Origin: the human T2T-CHM13v2.0 reference genome, Homo sapiens | Assembly: GCF_009914755.1 (NCBI RefSeq) | Contig: NC_060934.1 | Direction: 5' to 3' (one strand) | Length of the DNA stretch: 64,000 bases | Notes under the pieces: model-generated | What the model was told of the DNA's origin: nothing | Seen by the model: only the letters and a program-made list of their open reading frames with translations | Databases searched by the model: none | Made by a program: the position numbers and the translations under genes | Part shown: positions 1 to 13,658 of the stretch, in pieces | Numbering within the stretch: position 1 is the first letter of the stretch | Layout: each line of letters opens with the position of its first letter

Positions 1-505
1 TAGAGACCTACAAAGAGACATAGACTACCACACAATAATAGTAGGATACTTCAACACTCCACTAACACTATTAGACAGATCAACCAGGCACAAAATTAAC
101 AAAGATACTTGGGACCTGAATTCAACATTAGACAAAATGAGTCTGATAGACCTATACAGAACTCTCCACCCAAAACAACAGAATATATATTTTCTCATTG
201 CCACATGGCACATATTCTAAAATCTAAGAACTGCCTATGGTTACTGCATGTTCATGCTTGTAAGTGGCAGCTAAATGATGAGAACTTATGAACACAAAGA
301 AGGAAACAGCAGACACTGGGTGTCTTAAGTGGGAGGGTGGGAGTGGGGAGAGGAGTAGAGAAGCTAATTTTAAGTACTGGGCTTAATACCTGGGTGATGA
401 AGTAATTAGTACAAGGAACCCCCATGACACAAATTTACCTATGTAATAGACCTTCACATGTACCCTTGAACCTAAAATAAAAGTTAAAAAATAAAAAATA
501 AAATA
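1..505 (+). mobile_element. L1 (older L1PA/L1PB-type) remnant: ORF2 endonuclease-region fragment abutting a 3' UTR and A-rich tail
   Basis: 1-222 resembles the L1 ORF2 EN region (caaaattaacaaagat..., acagaactctccacccaaaacaacagaatata). 240-505 is an L1PA-type 3' UTR (aatacctgggtgatgaa...cacatgtacccttgaacctaaaataaaagtt) followed by an A-rich tail. Confidence 0.85.
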
Positions 506-1847
506 AATTATGTTTGTAACACTTATAGCTACTATATATACAGCAATAATAGCACAAAAAAGGGAAGGTGAGCTCCATGGATTAGTTTTCTATATCTTAC
601 CGGAATTAAGTCTGTGTAAATCTGAAGCTGTTTTGACAAATTAGAATAAAAATGATAAGCATTAGGGCAAGCACTGAAAAAATAACACAACATTATATGA
701 AAATATCATTAGAGAAATGTAATTGCTACATTAAAAAATATTGACTTAGTGCTAAATTATACACCAAAGAAGGAATAGAGGGGGAAAATGTGATACATAG
801 AGAAAATAAAACAAAAGGCAAATATAAACCCAACTATTTCAATAATAACATTAAATGAGAATTAATCAAACAGTGCAACTAAAAAACTGAGATTAAATTT
901 TAAAAAATGATCCAACCTATAAGATGGCTATAAGAAATATACTTTATATTTAAATAAAGAAATAGATTGAAAGTAAAAGGATAAAAAAGATATAATAATA
1001 GTCACGAAAACAAAGCTGGAGTTAGTATGTTAAATATTAGATTAAATAGACTATAAAACAAAAAAATTATTAAAGAATTATTTATAATGATAAAAGGGCC
1101 AATCCATGAGGAAGGTAAACAGTTATAAACGTATATGCATCTGATAACATGTCACCAAAATACATGTAGCAAAAACTAACAGAAGTAAAGAGAGAAATAG
1201 ACAATAGACAATGTGACAATAATAGAAACTTCAATAACCCAGTTTTAGTAGTGAATAGAACAGTTATGCAGAATATCCAACAGGAAATGGAAGACTTAAA
1301 CAATATTATAAACCAACTAGCTCTGTCAGACAACTATCGAACACTCCACTCAACAGCGGCAGAATATGCATTTACTTGAGTGCACATGGAACAGTCTCAG
1401 CTTAGACCTGTTGCTAGTCTATAAAACAAACCTCAAAAAATTGTCAAGTATAGAAATAATACAGAGTATGTTCTTCAACAAATTAGAAATGAATAACAAA
1501 AATTTGTGAAGCTTTCAAATATGTGGATGTTAGACAGCATGCTCCTAAATAACCAATGAGTCATGAAAGAAACCACAGGTTTAGGCGAATGAAAACGAAA
1601 ATACGACATTGTAAAATGTGTGGCATTCAGTTAAAGTAGTGCTTAGAGAAAAATGTATAACTTTAAATATCCATATTGAGAAAGAAGAAATTTCTCAAAT
1701 CAATAACTTAACTTTTTACCTTAAAATTCCAGAAAACGAAGAGCAAACTAAATCTGAAGCAAGCAAAAGAAGGAAATAATTGATTAGAGTAGAAATTAAT
1801 GAAATATGGACTATACAAGCAATAGGAAAAATAAATAGAATGAATTA

Positions 1848-2040
1848 GGGTGTGCTTTATGGCTCAGTCTATCTTGGGTTTATCTTGGTGGATGTTCCAT
1901 ATGAGCTTGAGAAGAATATGTATTCTGCTATAGTTAGATGGAATATTCTATAATTATCCATTAGATTAAACTGATTAATTTTGTTGTACAGATTATATTC
2001 TTACTTATTTTTTGCCTGTTTGATCTATCAATTACTTATA
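1848..2040 (-). mobile_element. Short antisense L1 ORF2 (EN region) fragment
   Basis: tgttccatatgagcttgagaagaatatgtattctgct is the reverse complement of the L1 segment seen in sense at about 1360-1390. Confidence 0.7.
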
Positions 2041-2768
2041 AACCATAGGCAGTTCTTAGAGAATATTTATAGACATAAATGCCTATATTAGAAAAGACGA
2101 AATCTCTCAAACCATTAGCCTTAGATTCTACCAAAAAAAAAACTAGAAATTGGAGAGTAACTAAACAAAAATTAAGGAGAAGTAAGAAAATAATAAAGAT
2201 TAGACACCAACAAATAGAAATAAGAAAAATAGAGAAAACAAATGGAACACCAAAACAAACAATTTACAAACTCTTAGATTAACTGACCAAAGAAATAGAA
2301 TACATAAAATGTCAACACTAGGAACAAAAGAGAGGATATTATTACCAATCCCAAAGAAACTAAAATAATTACATTATGAACACATTTGTGCTAACAAATT
2401 ACACAGATAATTTAGATGAAATGAGAAAAGTGCCTGGAAAGACATAATATAAATGACTCCAGAAGAAATAAAATAATCTTAAATACATGTAATAAGTGAA
2501 ATAACTGATTCAGCATTCTTGACAAATACCACAAAAAATTGGCCCAGATGGTTCCACCGGTGAATTTGATCAAATACTTAAATAATAAATAATAAGAGTA
2601 TGTTACACTTTCAAAAAATAGAAAAGATGAAAAAATTTTCCAACTCATTCTGCAAATAATGTACTAACATAAAAGCCAGACAATACCACAAATAAACAAA
2701 AAACTCATATAGATAGACAATCCTTAACGAAATTTTAGCAAACAGAATTTGACAACATATAAAAATGA

Positions 2769-3090
<322 letters not shown>

Positions 3091-3258
3091 AAAAGTAGGA
3101 TTTTTACCAATACTCTAAGGTTTGTACACCATTCAAAAATAAATTAATGTAACACACAATAGTAATAAAGGCTGAAATAAAGGAACATCGTATCAATAGA
3201 TGTACAAGTTCTAAATCATGTCATCATACAAATGTTGGAAGTATTTTTTCCTGAAATC

Positions 3259-3506
3259 CAAATACCGCATGCTCTAATTTATAAGTGGGAGCTAAATAAT
3301 GAGAACACATAGACACAGAGAGAGGAAAAACGCACACTGGGGACTTTCAGAGGGTGGACGGTGGGAGGAGGGAGAGGATCAGGAAAAACAACTAATGGGT
3401 AGTAGGCTTAATACCTGGGTGATGAAATAATCTGTACAATAAACCCTCATGACACAAGTTTACCTATGTAACACACCTGCACCTTTACCTCTGAACTTAA
3501 AAAAAG
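3259..3506 (+). mobile_element. 5'-truncated L1PA 3' end
   Basis: caaataccgcatg...ataagtgggagctaaataatgagaacaca...aatacctgggtgatgaaataatctgtaca...ctgaacttaaaaaaa. Confidence 0.9.
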
Positions 3507-3990
3507 AAGGAAGCAAAAGAAAGTTTTTCCACCTAATAAAGGACATGCATGAAATACTAACAGTCAACATTGTTCTTAATGGTGATACACTGAAAACTTT
3601 CTCTCCAACATTAGAAACAAAGCAAGAGTGTCCACTCTCATCACCTCTATTAAATATTATGCTGGAGGTTCTAGCCAGTGCAATCAGGAAGTAAAATCAA
3701 TGCCCCAAAATAAATTACATTTTTATTAGGGCAAGAAAAATCCTATAACAATACTTTCCATTAGAAAATATACTAAAAGCACACTCCATAAAAGAAAAAT
3801 AAAGGTATATTGGACTTCATCATTTTTTTAAATTGCAATTCAGAAGACATTATTAAAAACATGAAAAGCAAGGCAAAGATAAGGAGAAAATGTTGATAAT
3901 CACATATCTGATAATAAGAAATGTACCCAGAATATATATAAACTACATTACTCAATAGTAAGACAACCAAATTAAAAATAGACATGCGAT

Positions 3991-3994
<4 letters not shown>

Positions 3995-4026
<32 letters not shown>
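3995..4026. repeat. (AT)n microsatellite
   Basis: About 16 pure AT units. Confidence 0.95.
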
Positions 4027-4028
<2 letters not shown>

Positions 4029-4857
4029 CACTAAAGCAGCTATGCTATGCACATAAGTAATAAGCACATAGAAGCATGGTCAACACCATTCAACACTAAT
4101 TATTAAGGAAATGAATATTAAAACCACAAAAACTATTACAAATGCATCAAACTTGTTATAATTCAAAAACGAAAGGCAGGCAATGCTAAGTGTTGTTGAG
4201 AATGTGGAGAAATTAGAACTACCCATATATACTGCTGCTGGGAAAGTAAAATTCCACAGCTATTTTTAAACCAATTGGCAACTTTTAAAAAATTAAAAAT
4301 GAACTTTCTATACCACACAGCAATTATCCTCCTAGAGATTTATTCATGAGTAGTAAAATGTATGTCCACATAAAATGTGTGTACACATATCCATAGCCAC
4401 ATTATTCATAATAGCTTAACTACAGGAAATCATCCAGATGTTGTTTAACTGGTGACTGGATAAACAAAATATGGTATATCCTTCCAACAGAAAAACATTT
4501 AGCTATAAAACATAAAATATTATAAAACTCTCAGTAATATTGGAATCGAAGTTTTTTCCAGCTAATAAAGGACAGTTATAAAAAATCAACAGTTAACACT
4601 ATATTTAATGGTGAAAGATTCAATGCAACATGGGTAAACATAAAAATAATATGCTCACTAGAAGAAGTCAGGTGAAAAGGACTACATATTGTGTGGTTCC
4701 ATGTAGTGGAATGTTTAAAAAAATAAATTATGGCAGAAAGGAGGTCAGTGTATAGACACTGACAGTGACAGAGCTGGGTGTCAGAGTGGAGGGATAAACC
4801 ACAACGAGGCAGGTGTAAACTTTTTGGAGCAATACCAATGTTCAAAAACTTGAATGT

Positions 4858-5160
<303 letters not shown>

Positions 5161-5289
5161 AAACTTAAATGTGTTAATGGTAGAACAATTCTATAAATTT
5201 AGTAAAATAAATGTTTACTTTTAATGGATGGATTTTATCGTATGCAAATTTTATCTCAATAAAGTTCTTACAAAATTCCTGCTCTTTCA

Positions 5290-5800
5290 AAAACGCTATC
5301 AACAAAATGAAAAGGTATGACAGCCTAACGCAGTCTGAGAAAAATATCCACAATGAATAGAAAGGACAAAGGACCTGTAGAGGACATATATGAGAAATAT
5401 CTACAAATCAGTAATAAAAGTACAAACAATACAATCTGAAAAATTTATGGAAGACTTAAACAGCACATACACCAAGGTACAAGAAATTAAAGAAGTTCAA
5501 CATCATTAGCCATTAGAAAATGCAAATTAAAACTATTAGGAGATAATACTTCACTTCCACTTGAATATAAAGCTTAGAAAAAAATGGCAAAAAAATAAAA
5601 AAATGAGAGATGGATAATATTAAACATGAGTGAGGATGCACAGTAAAAGGATTGATTTCATATTGTGGGTAGAAGAATAAATTGTTACTGTCATTTTACA
5701 AATCAACCAGAGTACTAGCAAGGCCAAATGTATGTAAAACCTACATTCCATCAATTATACTCCTGATTATATACTCAACATAAATGGAACTATGTACATT
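5290..5800 (+). mobile_element. Old L1M(E) fragment (ORF2 C-terminal region)
   Basis: gttcaacatcattagccattagaaaatgcaaattaaaacta motif in degraded context. Confidence 0.6.
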
Positions 5801-8800
5801 ATCTTATATTTATTGGACATGTATCCCATCAAATCTATACACAGTTTCTCCATTTATTTTCTCTAATTTTCTTAGTCTTACAAAAGGTTCAAATGATAAA
5901 TGAGTGGTGGGGAATAAATACCTATTTATCATTTGAGCACATGAACTTTCTATGCAACACAGCAATCTAAAAATAAATTTAGATTTAGAGACAAAATAAA
6001 ATGCAGAAATATTGTATACCTTTTTCCCTTAGATTAGTCTTATCTCCTCACTCTTTTTACATACACTGAATCTACAGAATGCTTCCTAGGTTTATGTACT
6101 ACTTTCTCAATTATTTCAGGTTTCTAAAAAATAACTTGTGTGATAATGTTGCAAAAGAGAATAGTAAAATAATGTAATTGCCAATGTATGAATATACATG
6201 CATGCACATGTACATATTATATATATATATTTATATGTGTGTATATATAATTTAGAGGAAGTCATACTGAGTAGAATAACAATTAAATGAAATGTGTATC
6301 GCATCTCAGTAGAGGCATTTACAAATCTTATTAGATTTCTTATTTTATGGCAAAGTCTTAAAATACATTAGCATTACATCAAAATAGTCTTGAAATGACC
6401 TAACATACCTTAGTCTTATTTCATACGTTTAGTCTTGAAAAGAACAATCCTGAACCCCGTTAGCTCTCTAACATACTAGACCGGGTTAAAAATAACATGA
6501 TGTATTATTTTCATTTAATTCACCAACCCAACTCTGAAAGGCACAAATGAAAGAACAAGTCAGAGAGCCCCAACTGTCCTTTATAATTACCTTGGGATCA
6601 CCAGCTAGAGGAAGAGCAGCAAGGGAGGCGAATATCTTTCTACACGTTTCTCTAAGGAATAGCGACAGGCTATGTCGAGGGAAGAAGCCATTAGTTCTTT
6701 CCATGTATTTTCAAAGAACTTACTCAAAGATGAATGAGATTAACTGAAACTAAATTCAGTAGAATTGAGGGGTAAAATATTCAGATAGCATATATCTGCA
6801 TAAACAAATAGTGGACATTGCAGCGGAAAGCAGTAGAAAATCACAACTCTCTTTCTCACAGTAGGTTTTGTGTGTGAAGTAGGCTCCAACTGGGGCATAG
6901 GGAAATTTCAATGCTAAATTAAGTTTCAACTTTTGATTAATATCTTAGATTTGGAGATTCTAATTTCTGATTTGAGATGACTTTGTGACTTAAAGTAGAA
7001 TTTTCTGTTACCAAAAAGTTAACATGAAAATCATGAACGTTGGGAATTTTTATTTAGGGTCAGAGAAAGACCTTCTCTTAAGCAAAATTTTAAAGAAATA
7101 GTGAGAGATAAATATAAAGTGTGTTTTGATTACGTCATGAGTCATATTAATCAATGTACTAGTCTCACACATGTTGTATCTTAAGCAATTTGCCTTAAAT
7201 TCAGGAAGTCTAATGAGCCAGAGCTGAACTAACAGCAAGTATATGCATTGACAAACACCAGATTTTCCAGGCAACATAAGCTGTGAGTTTAACTTTTAAA
7301 ACCATTTGTAATGATATGGAGTAATCTTGCAATGGCAATTCAGCATCATGAATGAAGATTTTCAGCCTTTCATTAGAGTTGTTTCTTGGGAGTTCTAGCT
7401 CTGCCACCCAGTAGTTGTGTTATGTGGAACATCCTATACATTCCATAGGCCAGCAAAATGAATGGCTGGTCTGGGTGATTCTTAATATCGACAGGATGCC
7501 ATTACGTAGAATTATCAAAGGATATTGGTAGCTAAATGGATTGTACATTCCTGTTTCTGTCCACTTACTTATAGTGTAACTTTTAGCAATTTGTTTACTT
7601 TCTCTAAATCTCTTTGTCGCATGCTAAAATGACTGTCCTGCATTCCTATAGAGTATGTGTGGGTTCAAAAAAAAATCATACTGGATACTTTTGAAAACTT
7701 TAAAATTATTTGGAAATGTGGGGTTTGATAGTAATTTTAAAAGATATTCTAATACAATGTAATATGAGCATCAACCCAAAACTTTCCTATTTTCAATGGT
7801 GAGGAGGGAATTCTAAGGGTTATCAGATATACCTGCTCCCGCCTTCTTAGTCTATTCTTATCTTGAACCATATGCTATTTTTTCCCTTAACTATGACAGA
7901 CACAGGTATTCACCAAAATGTAGAGGTAACAATTCCAGGTTGTCAAAAATTTATTTCATTTTAAACAAGAGGGGTTTAAGAAGCAAACAACATTTGTTAT
8001 TATCAGCTTTGCTGCCAAAAAGGAAAAGGATTGCTCTAGATATGACTGTGGTGAGAAATCCTCACATTAAACAAGCTGTCAGTTTATGCCAAAGGGCCTT
8101 GAATTCTTATTTTTAGGTAACACTTATTATTTGATTGTCCAAATTTATTCAAATAATTCAGGTGAATGTCTACAAACTAAAACAAAGTTATTAAATATGG
8201 TGCAAATAAATGACTTGGCAAATGACAAAAATATGTCATTGCAGATTTAGATATTGACAGTAAAACTCCATTTTTTTCATATATAATTTCCTTTGGGAAA
8301 TTGATTATTTTATAAATTCAGAATACCTATAATGGATTTATTACCACACATAGGTTTACATACCTCTGAGTGTTTCTATACAGTAGAAATTTCAGTCAAT
8401 TTGGAAACCTACACATTAGGTCTGCAAAATTTTGACACAACTGAAACTCTTTTAAATCTTGTGTCTGTGACTTGGAATTCTTTCAGTCATTAGTTATAAT
8501 ATCTCCCATTGTATTTATCCCTCTATAGCTTCTATATAAAAAGATAGAAGCAAATTTTTATGTCATAGATCATCTTTCTCAGAATGTTTTGGTTATTATC
8601 ATGCCCAGCTTATTAAAGAATTTCAGTGGGTGATGATAATAATATGTAGTTACTGATTTTTTCAATTATTCTGGTGTGTGTGTTGGCACTATACTATTAC
8701 TAGACTAATAGTTTGTTCAGCACTCTCAACATTTTATTATACAATACTAAATTATTTTTGGTTTTCTAGTTTTTAGCTCCTCTGCCCTGGCTTTTCTTAT

Positions 8801-9086
8801 GGCTTACTTGCTTGGTTCTCATTGAAGGACTTGAATCACACACTAGAGAGGAGAGAGTCAGCAGAGTTACAGCTTCTCTCCCGCCCTTTCACTCAAGCTG
8901 GCCCTCTATGCTGAGAGCACCACTGTGATTGCTTCTTCTCTGTTTCCCTCTACTGGTTAAATTTCTAGATATAGTTTGAATTGACACCAGATGAAGCAAA
9001 GTACATAATGACTCCCTGCCTCACAGAACTTTCCTCTTAAAGAACAAGATATATAGTTGACATTCCCAATTTTCTAAAAGGTTATT

Positions 9087-9467
9087 GTATTAGGGTAGTA
9101 GGGCTGCCATAAAAATACCACAGACAACATGGTTTAAACAATAGAAATTTATTCTGTCACTAGTCTGGAGGCTAAACATCAGAGACTAAGTTGTTGGCAG
9201 GGTTAATTTCTTTAGAGCCTTCTTTCCTTGGCTTGTGGATGGCTGCCTTCTCCCTGTGTCTTCTCAGGATCTGCCTTTCACAGGTATCTGTCTTCTTCTT
9301 TTTCATATAAGGACAGCTGTTACAGTGGATTAGGACCCACCCTATTGATTTGAATTTAACTTAATTACTATTTTGAACACCCTTTCCAAGTATGGTCACA
9401 TTCTGAGGTACTGGGGGTTAAGATTTCAACATATAAATGGAGTGAGGATACAATTCAGCAGCTAACA
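9087..9467 (-). mobile_element. MaLR solo LTR, MLT1A-like
   Basis: tgtattag...ggctgccataa...aataccacagac...tggattaggacccaccct...gtcacattctgaggtactgggggttaagatttcaacatat. Confidence 0.85.
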
Positions 9468-9976
9468 CTTAAAAACGCTCTCCAAACGTCTTTCACTGGA
9501 ATTTTTGTAAAAAACTTGGTTATTTTCAAACGTATTTTAAATGTTAGACATTGGCAAGAGACAACTAGCTAGAATGTTTAGGAAAATCGTTTTCTGTATT
9601 TTTCACACTAAATCTATTTATTCATTCAGATTCTCAGGAATTACTTTGAACTTTTTATATCTTCAAGCAAATAATGGCTGCAAAAGAAGAATTAATTTTC
9701 GAGTTGAGTGTTTCTTTTTTTTTTCTAGTGAGGATTTGAACTTCTTCCAATGTTAGAGAGCACATGCAATAATAGCAGTGCACAGAAATGCTCTCCACAC
9801 CATGTTATTTAGGAAGGGAGAGTTTAGAGGTTAAGAGGTTGCACTCCAAACTCAGAAAGACTACCCCAGAATTTCACCTTCACTGCTTTCCAATTTTGTG
9901 ACATTAAGAAAGTCGATTGATCTCTGTGAACAAGTTTGATCTGTTTTATTATAAGGAAAAAAAGAAATGATATATT

Positions 9977-9985
9977 TGTGTGTGT

Positions 9986-10012
<27 letters not shown>
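9977..10012. repeat. (TG)4-TA-(CA)13 microsatellite
   Basis: Seen directly. Confidence 0.9.
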
Positions 10013-10018
<6 letters not shown>

Positions 10019-11601
10019 AATAAAACAAAGCCTCTACAATGACTAATATACATGTCTTAAGATTTTTAGCAATTTTCACAATTGCGATTGAAATCATCTC
10101 AGCTAAGCAAATTAAAAAAAAACTTTTCTCAGTTGTTAAGCTTGGATTCACATTTATCGGAATTTTGGCAGCAAAGAGATCCAGCTCAAGTGATGGAAAA
10201 TGGTGGCTGCAACATAAGAAACATATTTTCACACATTGTCAATGAGGCTTTAGTAGAGCTGGGATTCAAGTTTAAATTTCCCTAGAATTTTTCTGTTGTT
10301 CAGTTAAGGCTAACCTCAATAAATGGTGAATCTATTATAAGCTGGGATAAGTAATTTAAAGGTTACAGAAGTGAATGTGCAAACATGAGTCTTGTCCTTA
10401 AAATCTTTCAATCGAGTGAGGGTGGGTGATAATTATGGAAGGCAAAATGCAATTTTTGGACAAATGAGATATGGAAGCTTTAGGAAGTTCACAGGAGAAG
10501 AAAATTAAAACAAAACAGAACATTTAAGCCACTTGAGTGGCTAAATGCTCAATGATAGAGGTATTATGAAGACATAAACCTTAAAATTGTGTTCAATGGT
10601 GTAAGAGGGCAAAGGAAAGGTAAAGAGTTTTGCTTGGATTAATTAGGATGATAGATATGTCAATTACATCACTTTTTAAAAATATAGTCTATTCACTATA
10701 TTCTTCAATAAAAAAAATTGAGAGAAATAGTCTGAGTCACAATTAGAAGGCTTTTGGTGTTTAGAGAATAGTCACAACTAACTGGTAATTCACACATTAT
10801 TACTGCAATCCATCCAAGGATATTTCTTTATACATGAAGGTATGATTCTTACGTTTAATGCTATGAATCATATCAGATAGTTCAATAACTTAAAATGGTA
10901 TTTAGTGTTCTGGCGAAGTGTGATGTCATTAAAACATCCCAGATGATAAGCAAATGGAACATTCTTTCTTGGCAAAACCAATGGTATTGGTCAAGGTCAA
11001 TAAATCACATCTGTTGGGTTTTTGCAAACATAAGAGTGGCACAATATCAGCTGATATCCTGGTGACCATGATATAGGTCTTAGAATAATGATTATCATAG
11101 ATTGTAGTTTGGCTGGAGGTGGGGTATATTTGCAGCTGAGCAGCCCATATGACATAGAACTGTCATTTGGGCTTGGGGTCTCTAAACTCTTACTGAATGA
11201 GTTAAATAGCCACTGGAATTTTCATCTCATTTCTTATACCTCATTTACTTGCAACTTTTCTTTATTATTTGTTTTTCATTAACTGCTTTGCAAATTAACA
11301 CTGCTGAAAGCCCATTGTCCAGGACAGGATGTTGAGTTCCAGAGATTCTTCTTGGAGTTGAGATAAAGTGGACTATTACTTCAGGAACAGGTGTATCACT
11401 TTAGCAGTGACTGGTACACAACAGCTCAATAGGTAAGAACCTAGTATTGTTCTCTGATTAATATTTTTCTCTTCTGTCCATGCAGTCCTGCTACTTTTCT
11501 TCCTTTATCTATTTTAACAACATTCCATTGAATTCATTTGATGATTTGGATAAAGACACCCCATGAACTACAAAATCCGCGGTGGCAGAAACATGTTTAA
11601 T

Positions 11602-11761
11602 TTTATTTTTGTTTATTTTTAATTTTTTATTTTATGTATTTTTTTCAGAGATGAGCTCTCACTATGTTGCCCACCTGGCCTCAAATCCATGGACTCAAGT
11701 GATTATCCTGCCTCAGACTCCCAAGTAGCTGGGACTACAGGTGTGTACCACCAAGTCCGGC
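11602..11761 (-). mobile_element. Alu monomer (FLAM-like)
   Basis: T-rich tail plus a single arm: ctcactatgttgccc...ctcaagtgat...ctcccaagtagctgggactacagg. Confidence 0.85.
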
Positions 11762-13317
11762 TTATTTTCTAATATTCTATCTTTAGTTCCTAGTATTGTA
11801 CCTAGCACCTAATAAAAACATTTGCTAGAATAATTTTCTTTCTATTAAAAATATTAATTGATCATCTACAACTGAATGCAGGAAATAATGATCCAAATGA
11901 AAGAAGAAAAATAGTAAGGATAATGGTTTCAGAAAACAGTTAAAAAAAGAATAAAAGAAGGGACAGAAAGAAATAAATTGAAAAAGACAAATGAATAGAA
12001 GATAAAAGTAGAAAACAATATCAGGAATAAACAAAGGAAAAGCTCCTGGCTTGTCCCTCTCTAAGTGATTGACACAGCCAGCACTTCCTCTTTAAAAACC
12101 AAAACAATAGAGAAGAGTTATTTCAAATTCTGAAATTTAATGAAAAAATATTTTATTGATTTAGTAAATATGTATTGAGAAGTATTCTTTTAAGAGTTAG
12201 CCATATCCTGTAAGGAATAGCCGTACCATTATTATCTGTACAGAGATGATAGAGCGAAAATACTGAATGTGCTTTAAGCTGTTAGGATATGTCACAGACG
12301 AGATTTAATTTTGTCTCTAAAGAGGTACAGAAAACAACACTTTTGAAGATTCAAATAAAAATGTCCAGATGAGGAACTTTATTTTTTGTAACAGCATGAT
12401 CATTTAAAAGCACCAGTCTGAGTCTTCATAGTCTAATAAACTATAGAGCAAATAAAATATACCCAATCTACAACAGGCATAACATTGTAAATATTCTGTG
12501 CCTTGAAACATTTATGATGATTAAGAATATGGTTTAGCATTTAGCTGAATAATGTTTTAAAGCATCAAAATAAAAATTCTTTCATTCCAAACAACATATT
12601 TTGGACATTTTAAAATATATTACAACATTAACTCCATCATTTATACGTTAGAAACAAGCCCAAATTCTCCTGGTAATACAAGGAATAAAAAATTACAGAG
12701 GCACCTTAGACTTTGTTTTCTAGGAGGAGATTTGGCACAAATATGGATAGAAATTGCTGAGCTGTTCTATAAATTTGATTTGGTTTTAGAAGAGATTAAT
12801 TCATTACCTAGTGTCCTCAAAGAAAAGCAAATAAATAAACTTGTAGTCAGTATTCAGCAAATATTTTGATCATTTATGTCTAAAGCTTTTCAGTGTCCAA
12901 GAAAATTTGTGTAAAGCAGGATGTCAATCAGGATCTCCTGGAACCATGGTGATTTAGACAATGCTGGTTTAAACCTCTAATTTCATACCCTGTGGAAGGA
13001 GATATTTATCTGGTCCTAGATAAATGTAACATTTAATATTAAAGAAAAGACAATATGGAAATAACCACAATACTGGAAAGAATTGAACTAATGACAGGAG
13101 AAAGGCTAAGTATTTTGTAAAAATATGTGATAAAGAAGGAATACTTAACATCTATGAGAATCAGGACATAGGTCATCAAAAGGCATAAGGAGATAATGCC
13201 ATTAAACGTGGAAGAGAGAGTGTGAGTAAGGCAGTGTGGCAAGAAAGCACGGGGCAGTTCTGCTTCTGACACTAACAGACATATTGGTACTGGCTCTACC
13301 ATAAAAAAATGAAAGTA

Positions 13318-13658
13318 CCTGTGATTGGTCCCTCCTGCAACCAATCAGCAATCAGACTGGTCTTACGCCAAGACTTCGTGTAACAGACTCTGTAACTTCA
13401 CTTCAGCCTCTGATTGGTCACCTTCTGCAATCAATCAGACTGATTGCAGGCCACTACTTCAGTTACATAGGGTGTAAACCAAGTAACCAATGGGAAACCT
13501 CTGGAGGGTATTTAAACCCTGGAAAGTTCTGTAACCAGCACTCTTGAGCTGCTTGCTCAAGCATGCTCCCAGTCTGTGGAGTGTACTTTCATTTCAGTAA
13601 ATCTGTGCTTTCCTTGCTTCATTCTTATCTTGAAACAAACAAACAAACAAACAAAAAA
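13318..13658 (+). mobile_element. ERV1 LTR fragment, MER57-like (U3-R only) with an (AAAC)n tail
   Basis: CCAAT/ATTGG boxes, ccaagtaaccaatgggaaacctct, TATA-like gggtatttaaaccc, tgtggagtgtactttc, polyA-signal variant AGTAAA at 13596-13601, then an A-rich tail. Confidence 0.75.

Noticed and set aside
10780-11130. Possible CR1/L3 or coding relic in unique-looking DNA
   Set aside because: My partial manual translation gave no RT motifs or sustained frame.
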